Source: an uncultured Gammaproteobacteria bacterium (GTDB lineage: Bacteria; Pseudomonadota; Gammaproteobacteria; Eutrophobiales; Eutrophobiaceae). Taken from it: a stretch of DNA of 64,000 nt. The stretch's first letter is position 1. Each line of letters opens with the position of its first letter. The stretch covers positions 2,588 to 66,587 of the forward strand of contig CALSRS010000003.1 of NCBI GenBank assembly GCA_943788815.1, given 5' to 3'. Below, piece by piece: positions 10,418 through 19,447 of this stretch. The notes below the pieces were generated by a model. That model saw only the letters and a list, made by a program, of their open reading frames with translations, made no database searches and was not told the DNA's origin. The position numbers were made by a program, and so were the translations under genes.

Positions 10418-11332
10418 ATGACTATTAAGGCAAGCCACATGGAATCACAGATGCCCTCTAGCGAAGATAACGAGAAACAACAGCACCAGGAATTAATACG
10501 CCTGGGAAGTATCGTACGTCAGTTGAGAAGAGCCAAAGGCATGTCGCGTAAAGCCTTGTCCGAAGTTTCCCATGTTTCTGAACGCCATCTGGCTCAGCTT
10601 GAAACCGGCAAAGGTAATATTTCTGTGATATTACTAATGCGTATTGCAAAAGCGCTAGATGCTGAATTGTCAGATCTCTTTGGTCATAACCAGAATCAAA
10701 CAAGTATGGATGACATATTAATCAGTGATCTGGTTCAGCAAATTAATCCTGAAGACAGACAGCGTGCATTACAAATGCTAATGGATCAGTTTGTTAATGT
10801 AGACAATCAAAAACGCAGGTTAGCTTTGATTGGGTTGAGGGGTGCTGGGAAATCAACATTGGGCAGATTATTGGCCAGTAAGCATCAGTTACCATTTGTC
10901 AGGCTGGTGAACGAAATTGAACAGCTTGCTGGAATGAATGTATCAGAAATATTTTCATTGTCTGGAGAGGAGTACTATCGTCGGCTTGAACAAAAGGCGT
11001 TATTGAATACCTTGAATCGATACGATGATTGCATCATTGAGACGGGTGGTAGCATTGTAACGGATTTGAATATGTTAAATCTGTTGCTTAAATCCTGTTA
11101 TGTGGTGTGGATAAATGCCACCCCGGAAGATCATATGCAGCGTGTAATTGACCAGGGGGACATGCGGCCATTACAAAATAATGATGATGCCATGTCAGAC
11201 TTACGGCGCATCATGCAACAAAGAGAAACATTTTATAGACAGGCCCATGGTGAAATTTTTACATCGGGAAAATCAATAGATGAGTGTTTAAATTCGTTGG
11301 CCGATTTATTTCCAATAAAGATAGATAAATAA
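10418..11332 (+). CDS. boxR: BoxR/BzdR-type transcriptional regulator (XRE HTH fused to a shikimate-kinase-like domain)
   Basis: The N-terminal XRE helix-turn-helix is LRRAKGMSRKALSEVSHVSERHLAQLETGKGN. The C-terminal half has the P-loop GLRGAGKST and shikimate-kinase-like architecture. The gene is divergent from boxCB. Confidence 0.75.
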   Translation: MTIKASHMESQMPSSEDNEKQQHQELIRLGSIVRQLRRAKGMSRKALSEVSHVSERHLAQLETGKGNISVILLMRIAKALDAELSDLFGHNQNQTSMDDILISDLVQQINPEDRQRALQMLMDQFVNVDNQKRRLALIGLRGAGKSTLGRLLASKHQLPFVRLVNEIEQLAGMNVSEIFSLSGEEYYRRLEQKALLNTLNRYDDCIIETGGSIVTDLNMLNLLLKSCYVVWINATPEDHMQRVIDQGDMRPLQNNDDAMSDLRRIMQQRETFYRQAHGEIFTSGKSIDECLNSLADLFPIKIDK

Positions 11333-11355
11333 AATCATATGACAGGGGAATCTTT

Positions 11356-11832
11356 ATGAGTGAAATTACACGAGAGGGTTTACAGGGCTTACTGGAACCA
11401 ATTCTCAAGATGATAGGTGATAAAACGCTGGATGCAGACCTGGAGATAGAATTAAACAGCAAGTATCCCTCAAGTTCGCCAGAATATAAGGCCATAGAAG
11501 CCGCCTGTCATGCAGCCATTAAGGCAGGGTGGATGTGCAAATATGAAGCCGATGGCATCCGATACGGGAGGGTAATCAAACCGGTAGAGGAGTTGAATGG
11601 GTTTAGCGTGGATGTGGTTGATATGGATGATATCCGAGGGCCGCATCACCGCCATCCTCAGGGTGAAATCGATATGATTTTTCCCATGGATAAAAATGCA
11701 AATTTTGATGGTATGGGTGCAGGGTGGAAGGTTTATAAAGCCAATACAGCTCATTATCCCACCGTTACGGGTGGTAGGGCATTGATACTCTATCTATTAC
11801 CTGATGGTGAGATTGAATTTACAGGTAAGTGA
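11356..11832 (+). CDS. small cupin-like protein, possibly DUF4863 family
   Basis: The 158-aa protein contains the His-rich segment GPHHRHPQGEID. The family assignment is from memory only. The gene is co-directional with boxR. Confidence 0.35.
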   Translation: MSEITREGLQGLLEPILKMIGDKTLDADLEIELNSKYPSSSPEYKAIEAACHAAIKAGWMCKYEADGIRYGRVIKPVEELNGFSVDVVDMDDIRGPHHRHPQGEIDMIFPMDKNANFDGMGAGWKVYKANTAHYPTVTGGRALILYLLPDGEIEFTGK

Positions 11833-11933
11833 GTATTTACATTGATATATATCAATTAGGTGAGTAACTCTATTTTAAATGTTGTTTGCAGGAATATAAT
11901 GATAATCACATTATCTCTCTGAGGAAGCTTTGA

Positions 11934-12377
11934 ATGAGCCATTATAAAGAAATACTCGTCGCAGTGGATTTTTCTGATACCTCAATTCGGGCACTGCAAG
12001 TTGCTCGCGACATTGGTACACGTCTAAATGCAAAACTGCATATTGTAAATTTTGTCCCGATGCGGGTGATGGATATGGGTATGGAAGGAGGAGTGGATTT
12101 CATTGAAGAAATGCATCAAAAAGAACTGGAAGAGTCACGTGAAAAACTGAAAATACTCATTAAGGAACATACCACGGATGAAGATGAGATAGATCAATAC
12201 ACACAGTCTGGAGAGCCTGCTGCTGAAATAAATACCATGGTAGAACTGACAAATGCTGAACTCGTCGTGATTGGTACCCATGGCAGGACTGGTCTAAAGC
12301 ACTTATTGCTAGGGAGTATAGCTGAAAGTATTTTGAAGATTGCTGATGTGCCGGTGTTGTGTGTCCGCTCTTCTTAA
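11934..12377 (+). CDS. universal stress protein (UspA family)
   Basis: It shows ILVAVDFS at the N-terminus, GTHGRTGLKHLLLGSIAE, and VPVL near the C-terminus. Length is 147 aa. Confidence 0.8.
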   Translation: MSHYKEILVAVDFSDTSIRALQVARDIGTRLNAKLHIVNFVPMRVMDMGMEGGVDFIEEMHQKELEESREKLKILIKEHTTDEDEIDQYTQSGEPAAEINTMVELTNAELVVIGTHGRTGLKHLLLGSIAESILKIADVPVLCVRSS

Positions 12378-12468
12378 TGAAAATTGATTTTTTTCTGAAA
12401 TAAATCAGGCAATACAACATTCCGTCATACTGGCGAAAGAGTCTAGAGGAAGTGGAAATGTTGCGAGA

Positions 12469-12649
12469 CGCTTACATGTATGTAAGCGGTAGAACGACGC
12501 ACGACTCCAGAGATGGAGGAGGTAGAAACGCGTCTGGCACGACGTTCGAAGCGACCAGTATCTAGTGAAAAAATGAGTCCACTACGCGGACGCTTAGTTT
12601 GACCCCATCCTACCTTCCCTAAGGGAAGGGGATGCCGGGTCAAGCCCGG
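12469..12649. repeat. cluster of REP-like hairpins in the uspA / M48 spacer
   Basis: Three hairpins are present: CGCTTACAT/ATGTAAGCG (12469-12488), CCTTCCC-taa-GGGAAGG (12613-12629) and CCGGG-tcaag-CCCGG (12635-12649). The first hairpin is nearly the same motif as the one at 4976-4995. Confidence 0.45.
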
Positions 12650-12831
12650 AATGGACAACATAGAGTTGATTGTTTTCCCGCCAAGGCAAGTTTCGCTGCT
12701 TCTACTGCATAAGCTGGATGGGGGATGAAATTTTTTAATTAAATACTGGTACTGGTTGATTGCAAGATAGAAGCGATTTTCATCAATACGTCAACAGGAT
12801 TTTTTATACTGAATTAAATCAATTTTTTTTA

Positions 12832-13671
12832 CTAATCACATTGCGGTTGTTTACCGTTTCCATCTGCTTGCTTAAAAAGACCCTCTGCCTTTGGCATAGC
12901 CTGCTTCAGATCACTAATGCGTGTCTGGTGAGATGGATGGGTAGAAAAAAATTCAGGTGGCTGACCTTTATCCTGCTTACCCATATTTTCCCATAACAGG
13001 ATGCTGGCGCCCGGTACAAACCCGGCCCGCGCCATGTATTCAATCCCGACGATATCGGCCTCACTTTCCTGTCCTCGGCCATAAGGTAACAATATCCCGG
13101 CTTGTAATCCCACGCCCAGTAAGCCCATCAACTGGGCCTTTTGTGGTGTCATTACACCGGCCATGGATTGAACGATTTGAAATCCGGACTGGGTAGCATA
13201 GGCGGCCGACATACGGGCATTACCATGATCGGCGGTTACATGAGCCACCTCGTGGCCAATGACTGCGGCCAATTGGTCCTGGCCGTCAGCAACTTTCAGT
13301 AATCCGGTATATACACCTATCTTTCCGCCGGGTAATGCAAAGGCATTCACTGCATCATCATCAAAGACTACAAGCTCCCACCGAGTATTGCCCGGTACCT
13401 CACGGACAATGGCATCAGCAACACACTGGACATAGCCATTGACTTGTTGATTTCGACTGATTGGAGTAGATTTTTTAATGTCTTCAAATGCTGTAATACC
13501 CATCCGGTTCACTTCACTGCTAGGAATGAGCTTTAATTGGGTCTGCCCTGTAGGAGAAGTCGCACAACCTGCCAGTAATCCAGTGAGAAATAACATAATA
13601 AAAAAAGTCGAGCGACATCCTGGTCGAATGTCGCTCGTTGCTGTGTCACCATGCTTAATTAATTTATTCAT
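12832..13671 (-). CDS. M48-family zinc metalloprotease lipoprotein
   Basis: It has the HEXXH motif (IGHEVAHV), the lipobox LLAGC, and FFSTHPS near the C-terminus, which is typical of M48/YcaL-like peptidases. Confidence 0.8.
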   Translation of the reverse strand: MNKLIKHGDTATSDIRPGCRSTFFIMLFLTGLLAGCATSPTGQTQLKLIPSSEVNRMGITAFEDIKKSTPISRNQQVNGYVQCVADAIVREVPGNTRWELVVFDDDAVNAFALPGGKIGVYTGLLKVADGQDQLAAVIGHEVAHVTADHGNARMSAAYATQSGFQIVQSMAGVMTPQKAQLMGLLGVGLQAGILLPYGRGQESEADIVGIEYMARAGFVPGASILLWENMGKQDKGQPPEFFSTHPSHQTRISDLKQAMPKAEGLFKQADGNGKQPQCD

Positions 13672-13686
13672 TCTAAAATGCCAGCA

Positions 13687-13696
13687 GGGGGGGGGG
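13687..13696. repeat. G10 homopolymer (C10 on the coding strand) in the 5-prime leader of the M48 protease gene
   Basis: I counted it directly in the sequence. It lies 16-25 nt upstream of the ATG at 13671, in the 74-bp spacer after the lipoprotein gene. Confidence 0.9.
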
Positions 13697-13745
13697 CTGG
13701 TACTCCTTTATGTATAAAAAATAGCACGGTTTTACTCAGTTGTCG

Positions 13746-14240
13746 CTATCCTTCCTGAACTATCCGCCAGGTACCGTCAGGTTGACGGCAGGCCACGCCA
13801 TAGGCATTTTCAGTTTTACCCGCGATGTTTACAGATTGATAGAATTCTCGGCAATAACTGCCGGACGCTGAGTAACCATCACGCGTTGGTGTTACCGAGC
13901 CGGAATGGTTGTTTTGTGGATTGTTCCAGGTTATTTCTTCACCAATGGGCGCTGTATGGGCGCGAGTATTGGCCTCATTGGCTTTGATTTGATCAACTTT
14001 ATCCATCGATCGCCCAATCTCACTACCTATCAGTGTTCCAACGAAAACGCCTGCAGCAGTTGTGGCAAGTTTATCGTTACCTCTTCTGCCACCGAACTGG
14101 GATCCAAGTAATCCACCCAATGCAGCACCGGTCATGGCGCCGACGGTTTGGCGTTCACTATAGGAACCGGACGCACATCCTGATGTAAATATAACTGTCA
14201 TGACAAACCAGGTAATTAACTTTTTTTTATTTATAGCCAT
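13746..14240 (-). CDS. glycine-zipper outer-membrane lipoprotein (17-kDa surface antigen-like)
   Basis: I moved the start to MAINKKK. The lipobox is TSGCAS, and the glycine zipper is GAMTGAALGGLLGSQFGG...GVFVGTLIGSEIG. The C-terminal YCREF...C motif resembles surface-antigen family proteins. Confidence 0.6.
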   Translation of the reverse strand: MAINKKKLITWFVMTVIFTSGCASGSYSERQTVGAMTGAALGGLLGSQFGGRRGNDKLATTAAGVFVGTLIGSEIGRSMDKVDQIKANEANTRAHTAPIGEEITWNNPQNNHSGSVTPTRDGYSASGSYCREFYQSVNIAGKTENAYGVACRQPDGTWRIVQEG

Positions 14241-14422
14241 AATTTCACCTTTTCCTATCATCTTGTTAGTAGGTTTTTTATTACATGGAGCAATCCTGGA
14301 TATGGATAATCCTTATAAAAAAACTATTGTTTGAGAGATTAACGGTGTAGTAAGTTTTCGGTTTACAAAATAAAGTTAAAAATAAATCGGAACTTTTTTA
14401 TTTTTTTGTATACATTTTTAAT

Positions 14423-14719
14423 ATGAATGAACTAAATGACGAACAAGCAGTAAACCAGGAACTTGAAAAAAGTAGAGTAATCCAGAAACTGGGGTATTTG
14501 TTTGGCAAAGAAATCGTTGAACAGGCAGAGTTGATCGATATTGCTGATTTAAATGTTAGTGATGACATAACCCGGTGTATTTCAAAAGGTGTTGTGCAGT
14601 TGAAAAAACTCAAAGGTAACACTGATGCTCAATGTGCCTTGATTAATAAAATGTCTGAGGGTGAAAAACTGATATTGTGTATGTGGATTATGGAGATGGA
14701 TTTGCTCGATAAGCTGTAG
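14423..14719 (+). CDS. hypothetical protein
   Basis: A 98-aa ORF in an otherwise empty spacer. I recognised no family. Confidence 0.3.
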   Translation: MNELNDEQAVNQELEKSRVIQKLGYLFGKEIVEQAELIDIADLNVSDDITRCISKGVVQLKKLKGNTDAQCALINKMSEGEKLILCMWIMEMDLLDKL

Positions 14720-14753
14720 GCAGCAAACTTGAACGATAATTAAATATTATTCT

Positions 14754-16097
14754 TTAAAAAATAAATATTGAATTAACCATCATCCTGCTGACGTATCCTT
14801 TTCTGCCGTCGTGGACTTCTCTTTTACCCCAAACGTACTCTAGCCCAAATTCTAACTGGTCATGGGGGACCCATATCAGGTTTACATGACTTGATAATAA
14901 CCGTTTATTGGCATCCGGGCTTTCCTCCGGGTTCAGGTCATAATAGCCCATGCCAAAATCGACGTTGCTGGAGAGAGTATCTGTCCATAAATGCTTGAAT
15001 GTTACAAATCCGCCATAGCCAAACTGGGTATCGAGTTTTCCATCGGCAGTAATGGATGCCCCCTGGTCTCTGCCTGCTTCCAGGTAGCGTCCGATTCCGT
15101 CACCGAAATTCAGGTACCAGGTCAATCTGTTCTGTCTGCTGGGAAACCAGTAATAGCCTGAAGTATTGAGTCCCCACGCGGTCACACTATCATCAGCGGC
15201 TATTGGGCCATCCTGTTTGATCCCCATGCGTCTTACCATTGCCCCAAACTGATGCATTCTTTGGCCATTTTCATAGCGGTAATGCATGGCCAGGTCCGGG
15301 TAGCCATCAACCATGTTTTCGTCATCGGCATCGACAAAATCCGCATGAGGATTCTCAATCGCAAAGGCAAGCTCGTGCTCATCATTAAAGTAATGGGTGT
15401 AGCGGAGTTGGCCCTGACGGATCATGGTGCGACCCTGGGGGCCGGTAGGGTCTACTTTATCGCCGAATATAGACCTGTCCAGGTAGGTGGAATAGGTCTG
15501 ACCAAACAGCCAATTGCCGAGTTCCGCATAGGCATGGCGGACGTTTGCAGCAGTCCGGTTTGTGGTGGCGCGACTAGCCTTGTTATCCGGATCCCCTTTA
15601 AAGTCAGTTTGCATAAAGATATGCATCAGGCCAAGATTGGTAGGCGTATAGGTTTCTATATTAAACCTGGCATCACGTCCGGCCAGGCGAACGTCGCCTC
15701 GAATGTCATACTCAGGATCATCTTCCAGCAGCGCCCGGTGAATGGAGGCAACATCACCCCCGGCAGATGATGGTCTGGGACCGATATCGTAGATCATATG
15801 AGCACGAATGAAGCCTGAAATTCCCAACGAAGTATCCGTGCCAGGAACTTTCCAGGTACCTGGAACCTGGCCTGCCATGACCACATCTTTTATCGGGATT
15901 GTTTCTGTATTTGTTGGTTGCCTTTCACTTCTTTTCTCTTCCAGCTTTTCAACCTTTGCCATTAACGATTCAAGTTGTTTTTTCAGGTCTTCCAATTCAT
16001 CGCCTGATACCGGTGTTGCCAGTAATCCGGCCAGAAGAATTGTCAGGAGTATCCTGGATAAGTGGTAGTGGTTAATATTGTTCATTGTAGTTTCCAA
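14754..16097 (-). CDS. DcaP-like outer-membrane porin with an N-terminal coiled coil
   Basis: A signal peptide is followed by the heptad-like segment ELEDLKKQLESLMAKVEKLEEK and then a beta-barrel-like body ending in an aromatic residue (IFIF). It is a paralogue of the next gene. Confidence 0.55.
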   Translation of the reverse strand: METTMNNINHYHLSRILLTILLAGLLATPVSGDELEDLKKQLESLMAKVEKLEEKRSERQPTNTETIPIKDVVMAGQVPGTWKVPGTDTSLGISGFIRAHMIYDIGPRPSSAGGDVASIHRALLEDDPEYDIRGDVRLAGRDARFNIETYTPTNLGLMHIFMQTDFKGDPDNKASRATTNRTAANVRHAYAELGNWLFGQTYSTYLDRSIFGDKVDPTGPQGRTMIRQGQLRYTHYFNDEHELAFAIENPHADFVDADDENMVDGYPDLAMHYRYENGQRMHQFGAMVRRMGIKQDGPIAADDSVTAWGLNTSGYYWFPSRQNRLTWYLNFGDGIGRYLEAGRDQGASITADGKLDTQFGYGGFVTFKHLWTDTLSSNVDFGMGYYDLNPEESPDANKRLLSSHVNLIWVPHDQLEFGLEYVWGKREVHDGRKGYVSRMMVNSIFIF

Positions 16098-16116
16098 TAT
16101 TGATAATGTTTAAAAG

Positions 16117-17469
16117 TTAATATGTAAATCGGCTAGTAAACTGGAAGCGGTTGATGGACCCTTTTCTGCCATCGTGGACCTCACGTCTTCCCCAGATATA
16201 TTCAATGCCAAATCGTATCCTGTTTACCGGTTCCCAGAGCAAATTCAGGTTACTGGAGTACAGATGTTTGTTTGAGGTGCTGGAAGCTTCCGGGTTGAGC
16301 TTGAAATTACTGGTACCGAAATCGATACTGCTGGAAAAGGTTTTTGTCCACCAGTGGCGGTATGAGACAAAGCCGCCGTATCCAAACTGGGTCTCCAGTT
16401 TACCTTCATCATTTACCGTGACACCCTGTCGTCGACCACCATCGAGGTAGCGGCCAATGCCATCACCAAAATTGATATACCAGGTAATACGATCGTCCCA
16501 GGGAAGGCGGTAGGAACCGGTATGGTTGAGTCCCCATCCGGTAGCATGATCTTTTGCCCCGCCGGGAAAATTTTCTTCGATACCCACGCGTCTGAGCAGA
16601 CCGGCAAACTGTACATGCCCACGATCATGTTCATAGCGATAGAATGAAATGAGATCAGGATAGTTATCAGCAGAATTTTCATCATCCGCACCATTAAAAT
16701 CACTATAGGGATTTTCCAGCGCCACGGCCCACTGGCCGCCATTTTCGAATTGATGAGTGTATCGTAGCTGGCCCTGGCGCATGAACGTCCTGCCCACAGG
16801 CCCAGTACCATTGATTTTAGTTGGGAATGCTGTTCTATCCATGTAACTTGTCCAGTAATGACCAAACAGCACATTGCCCAACTGTCCATAGGCATGGCGC
16901 AGGCCAAAAACCGTACGGTTAGTCGTTCCGCGGCTGCCCTTATTATTGGGCGGGCCGTTAAAGTCTCCTTCTATGTGGGTACGTAATTGTCCAAAACGGG
17001 TCGGGGTGGTGGTAATAATATTAACAACTGAATTACGTGCGGTTAAGTGGGTATCACCGCGGATTTTAAATTCAGGGTCTCCAGGAAGTTTGGCGCTGCT
17101 GGCCGAGGCTATATCGCCACCGCGTGAGGACGGCCTGGGATCAAAATCGTGGATGAACGATGTTTCTAGTCGTCCACCAAAACTCAGCGAAGTTTGCGTG
17201 CCGGGTATAAGTATGGAATTACGTCGGTCGCCACGTTTGACAACATTCTTCATGTCTACGGTCTTGATCGGAATGGTTTCCTTTGCTTCCGTTTCTCCGG
17301 ACTCTTGTAGTTCAAGTTTAGCAATTCGTTGAGCAACGATATCAATCTGACGTTTAAGCTCGGCAATTTCATCTGCCTCGTCGGCGACTACAGGAAACAA
17401 ACAAAGACTCAGGCAGACAGACAATAGTCCTGATAAAGCCAGCGACTTTGGTGATAAAAGGCAATTCAT
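16117..17469 (-). CDS. DcaP-like outer-membrane porin with an N-terminal coiled coil (paralogue)
   Basis: I moved the start to MNCLLSPKSL, where the signal peptide begins. The coiled coil is EIAELKRQIDIVAQRIAKLELQ. The protein is colinear with the 14754-16097 protein (shared blocks PRPSS.GGD.AS, GQLRYTH, ENP..DF..ADDEN..D.YPDL, EYVWG.REVHDGRKG). Confidence 0.55.
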   Translation of the reverse strand: MNCLLSPKSLALSGLLSVCLSLCLFPVVADEADEIAELKRQIDIVAQRIAKLELQESGETEAKETIPIKTVDMKNVVKRGDRRNSILIPGTQTSLSFGGRLETSFIHDFDPRPSSRGGDIASASSAKLPGDPEFKIRGDTHLTARNSVVNIITTTPTRFGQLRTHIEGDFNGPPNNKGSRGTTNRTVFGLRHAYGQLGNVLFGHYWTSYMDRTAFPTKINGTGPVGRTFMRQGQLRYTHQFENGGQWAVALENPYSDFNGADDENSADNYPDLISFYRYEHDRGHVQFAGLLRRVGIEENFPGGAKDHATGWGLNHTGSYRLPWDDRITWYINFGDGIGRYLDGGRRQGVTVNDEGKLETQFGYGGFVSYRHWWTKTFSSSIDFGTSNFKLNPEASSTSNKHLYSSNLNLLWEPVNRIRFGIEYIWGRREVHDGRKGSINRFQFTSRFTY

Positions 17470-17776
17470 AAAAGAAGAAGTATCAAAAATTATTCTCGCA
17501 CCCGGAAAATACCTGCCTGGTAAATAGATTAACAAGTCATGTGCTTAAGCAGGCCCGTTAATTAAGCTTATTATTAGAATTTCAGACAATTTTAATCCGC
17601 ATAGTATAACCAAATATAAAATTATTAAGGATATTAATATGATACGCGAGTAAGTTGGGGGTGGAGACCACGATTTTTAATTTTTTGGTTTTCCCGGTTA
17701 AAATCGAGATATGGTCCCAGGTGGTTTAAATACCACTTGCCAGAGTTTCAAATACTGACCTAGGATCCGGTGTCCC

Positions 17777-19105
17777 ATGTCGGACATTTCAAAAAATCAT
17801 CCCTGGCCCCGGTTCATCGCCCTGGTGGACATGAATGCCTTTTTTGCCTCCATAGAACAACTGGATAACCCGGAACTGCGAGGTAAACCCATCGGTGTGA
17901 CCAATGGCAAGACCGGCACCTGCATTATCACCAGTTCTTATGAGGCCCGGGCATTGGGTATCCATACAGTGATGCGTCTTAAAGAGGCAAGAAAGATCTG
18001 CCCGGATTTTATCCAGATAGCTGCCAGACCCGAACGCTACGCCGAGGTCTCCATCAGGATTATGGAATCATTACAGGAGATCACGCCGGACATCGAAGTA
18101 TTTTCTGTGGATGAGGCCTTCCTGGACATTACCCGTTGTCAGAATTACTGGAACAAGTCACCTGAAGCGATCGGACAAATGATAAAAGACGTCGTCTGGG
18201 AGGTGTCCGGTCTGCCATGTTCTGTGGGTTTATCGGGGGACAAGACCACAGCGAAGTATGCGGCGAAACTAAACAAGCCCGATGGCCTTACGATCATTCT
18301 TCCCTGGGAGGCGAGGGAGCGTTTGAAGCATGTCCCTGTGATGGAGCTTTGTGGCATCAACAAGGGAATAGCTGGTTTCTTGGCAAAGCGGGGCGCATTT
18401 ACTTGCGGTGACGTCGCCAGTTTGCCAGTGAGTGTACTGGGGAAAAGCTTCGGTAATCCCGGCAGGCGTATCTGGCAGATGTGCCGGGGGGAAGATCCTG
18501 TGCCAGTTGAGACAAAGATTGAACCCCCAAAGAGTATCGGCCACGGAAAAATCATGCCGCCCAAGACCAAAGACAAGGACGTGATTTACATGTATCTGAT
18601 CCACATGGCCGAGAAGGTGGCTTCCCGATTAAGAAAACATTCCCTGACGGCACAAAAATATTTTATCGGTTTGCGCAGCAAAGATGGCTGGGTGGGAAGT
18701 AACAAATTAAAAACAAAATTTCCCACCAACGATAGCCGGCCTATCATCGATCTCTGTCATATCGTAGTTTACGAGCACTGGCAGGGAGAAGGCGTGTTCC
18801 AGGTGCAGGTGACCGCTCTTGACCCTCGGCCGTGTGAGGGACAGATGGATATGTTTGGGGAAGAGGAGAACCGGTTTCATATATTAAACAGGGTCATGGA
18901 CGATATAAATAAACGTTATGGTGAGTTTAGTCTTACCCGGGCTAACCTGCTCCATCGATCAGAGATGCCCAATGTGATCGCCCCTGCCTGGAAACCTTAC
19001 GGTCATCGACAAACCATCGTGCCCACGGTTGAACAGAAAAAGATCAGTGAAGAGGATGAATCAATTCCGGGCTCTGATGACGAGGATTATTCTCCCGAGT
19101 ACTGA
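17777..19105 (+). CDS. dinB: Y-family DNA polymerase IV with an acidic C-terminal extension
   Basis: It carries the motifs ALVDMNAFFASIEQ and SVDEAFLD and has the little-finger region. At 442 aa it is longer than typical DinB and ends in SEEDESIPGSDDEDYSPEY. Confidence 0.9.
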   Translation: MSDISKNHPWPRFIALVDMNAFFASIEQLDNPELRGKPIGVTNGKTGTCIITSSYEARALGIHTVMRLKEARKICPDFIQIAARPERYAEVSIRIMESLQEITPDIEVFSVDEAFLDITRCQNYWNKSPEAIGQMIKDVVWEVSGLPCSVGLSGDKTTAKYAAKLNKPDGLTIILPWEARERLKHVPVMELCGINKGIAGFLAKRGAFTCGDVASLPVSVLGKSFGNPGRRIWQMCRGEDPVPVETKIEPPKSIGHGKIMPPKTKDKDVIYMYLIHMAEKVASRLRKHSLTAQKYFIGLRSKDGWVGSNKLKTKFPTNDSRPIIDLCHIVVYEHWQGEGVFQVQVTALDPRPCEGQMDMFGEEENRFHILNRVMDDINKRYGEFSLTRANLLHRSEMPNVIAPAWKPYGHRQTIVPTVEQKKISEEDESIPGSDDEDYSPEY

Positions 19106-19390
19106 CTGGCCCAGTTGAATTTGAAGAAAGGAAAGGTATAAACACCTTGTTGTCCGAATCAATTACAATAAAAACATCCTGGTTAAGGGGCGTTATCTGC
19201 GAAATTGATTAACCGAAATGATAGGGGCAGGTCTTGCATTAGAGTATAGCTAACCTGTTAGAACTCAACCCGGCTTGGTTTGCTTTAAGCTTAATAACAT
19301 GCACAGGTAATTGTAGATTCACACTGCGAGGATGTGTTATCGCAAGATCTGACCTTAATCTTTCTTGAACTAAAAAATACCCGGGCATGC

Positions 19391-19400
19391 GGGGGGGGGG
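19391..19400. repeat. G10 homopolymer between the convergent dinB and phasin genes
   Basis: I counted it directly. It is flanked by CCGGGC ... GCCCGG, which can pair around it. A G6 run follows at 19425-19430. Confidence 0.9.
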
Positions 19401-19447
19401 TGCAAGCCCGGATATACTCCGACAGGGGGGCGTCAGAGATTTTTGAA

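Noticed and set aside
12443-12661. A 72-aa minus-strand ORF (MLSIPGLTRHPLPLGKVGWGQ...).
   Set aside because: It is a translation of the GC-rich REP-like hairpins (CCGGGTCAAGCCCGG, CCTTCCCTAAGGGAAGG). The product is Arg/Ser-rich and low-complexity, and no start context is present. I treated it as a repeat, not a gene.
13703-13708. An AAGGAG-like sequence (minus strand) upstream of the M48 protease, considered as its ribosome-binding site.
   Set aside because: It lies 31 nt from the ATG, with an in-frame stop just upstream and no alternative start in between. It is too far away to act as a Shine-Dalgarno sequence for this start.
17536-17776. A search for a LexA/SOS box (CTGT-N8-ACAG) upstream of dinB.
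   Set aside because: I found no convincing match by eye in the 240-bp upstream region.
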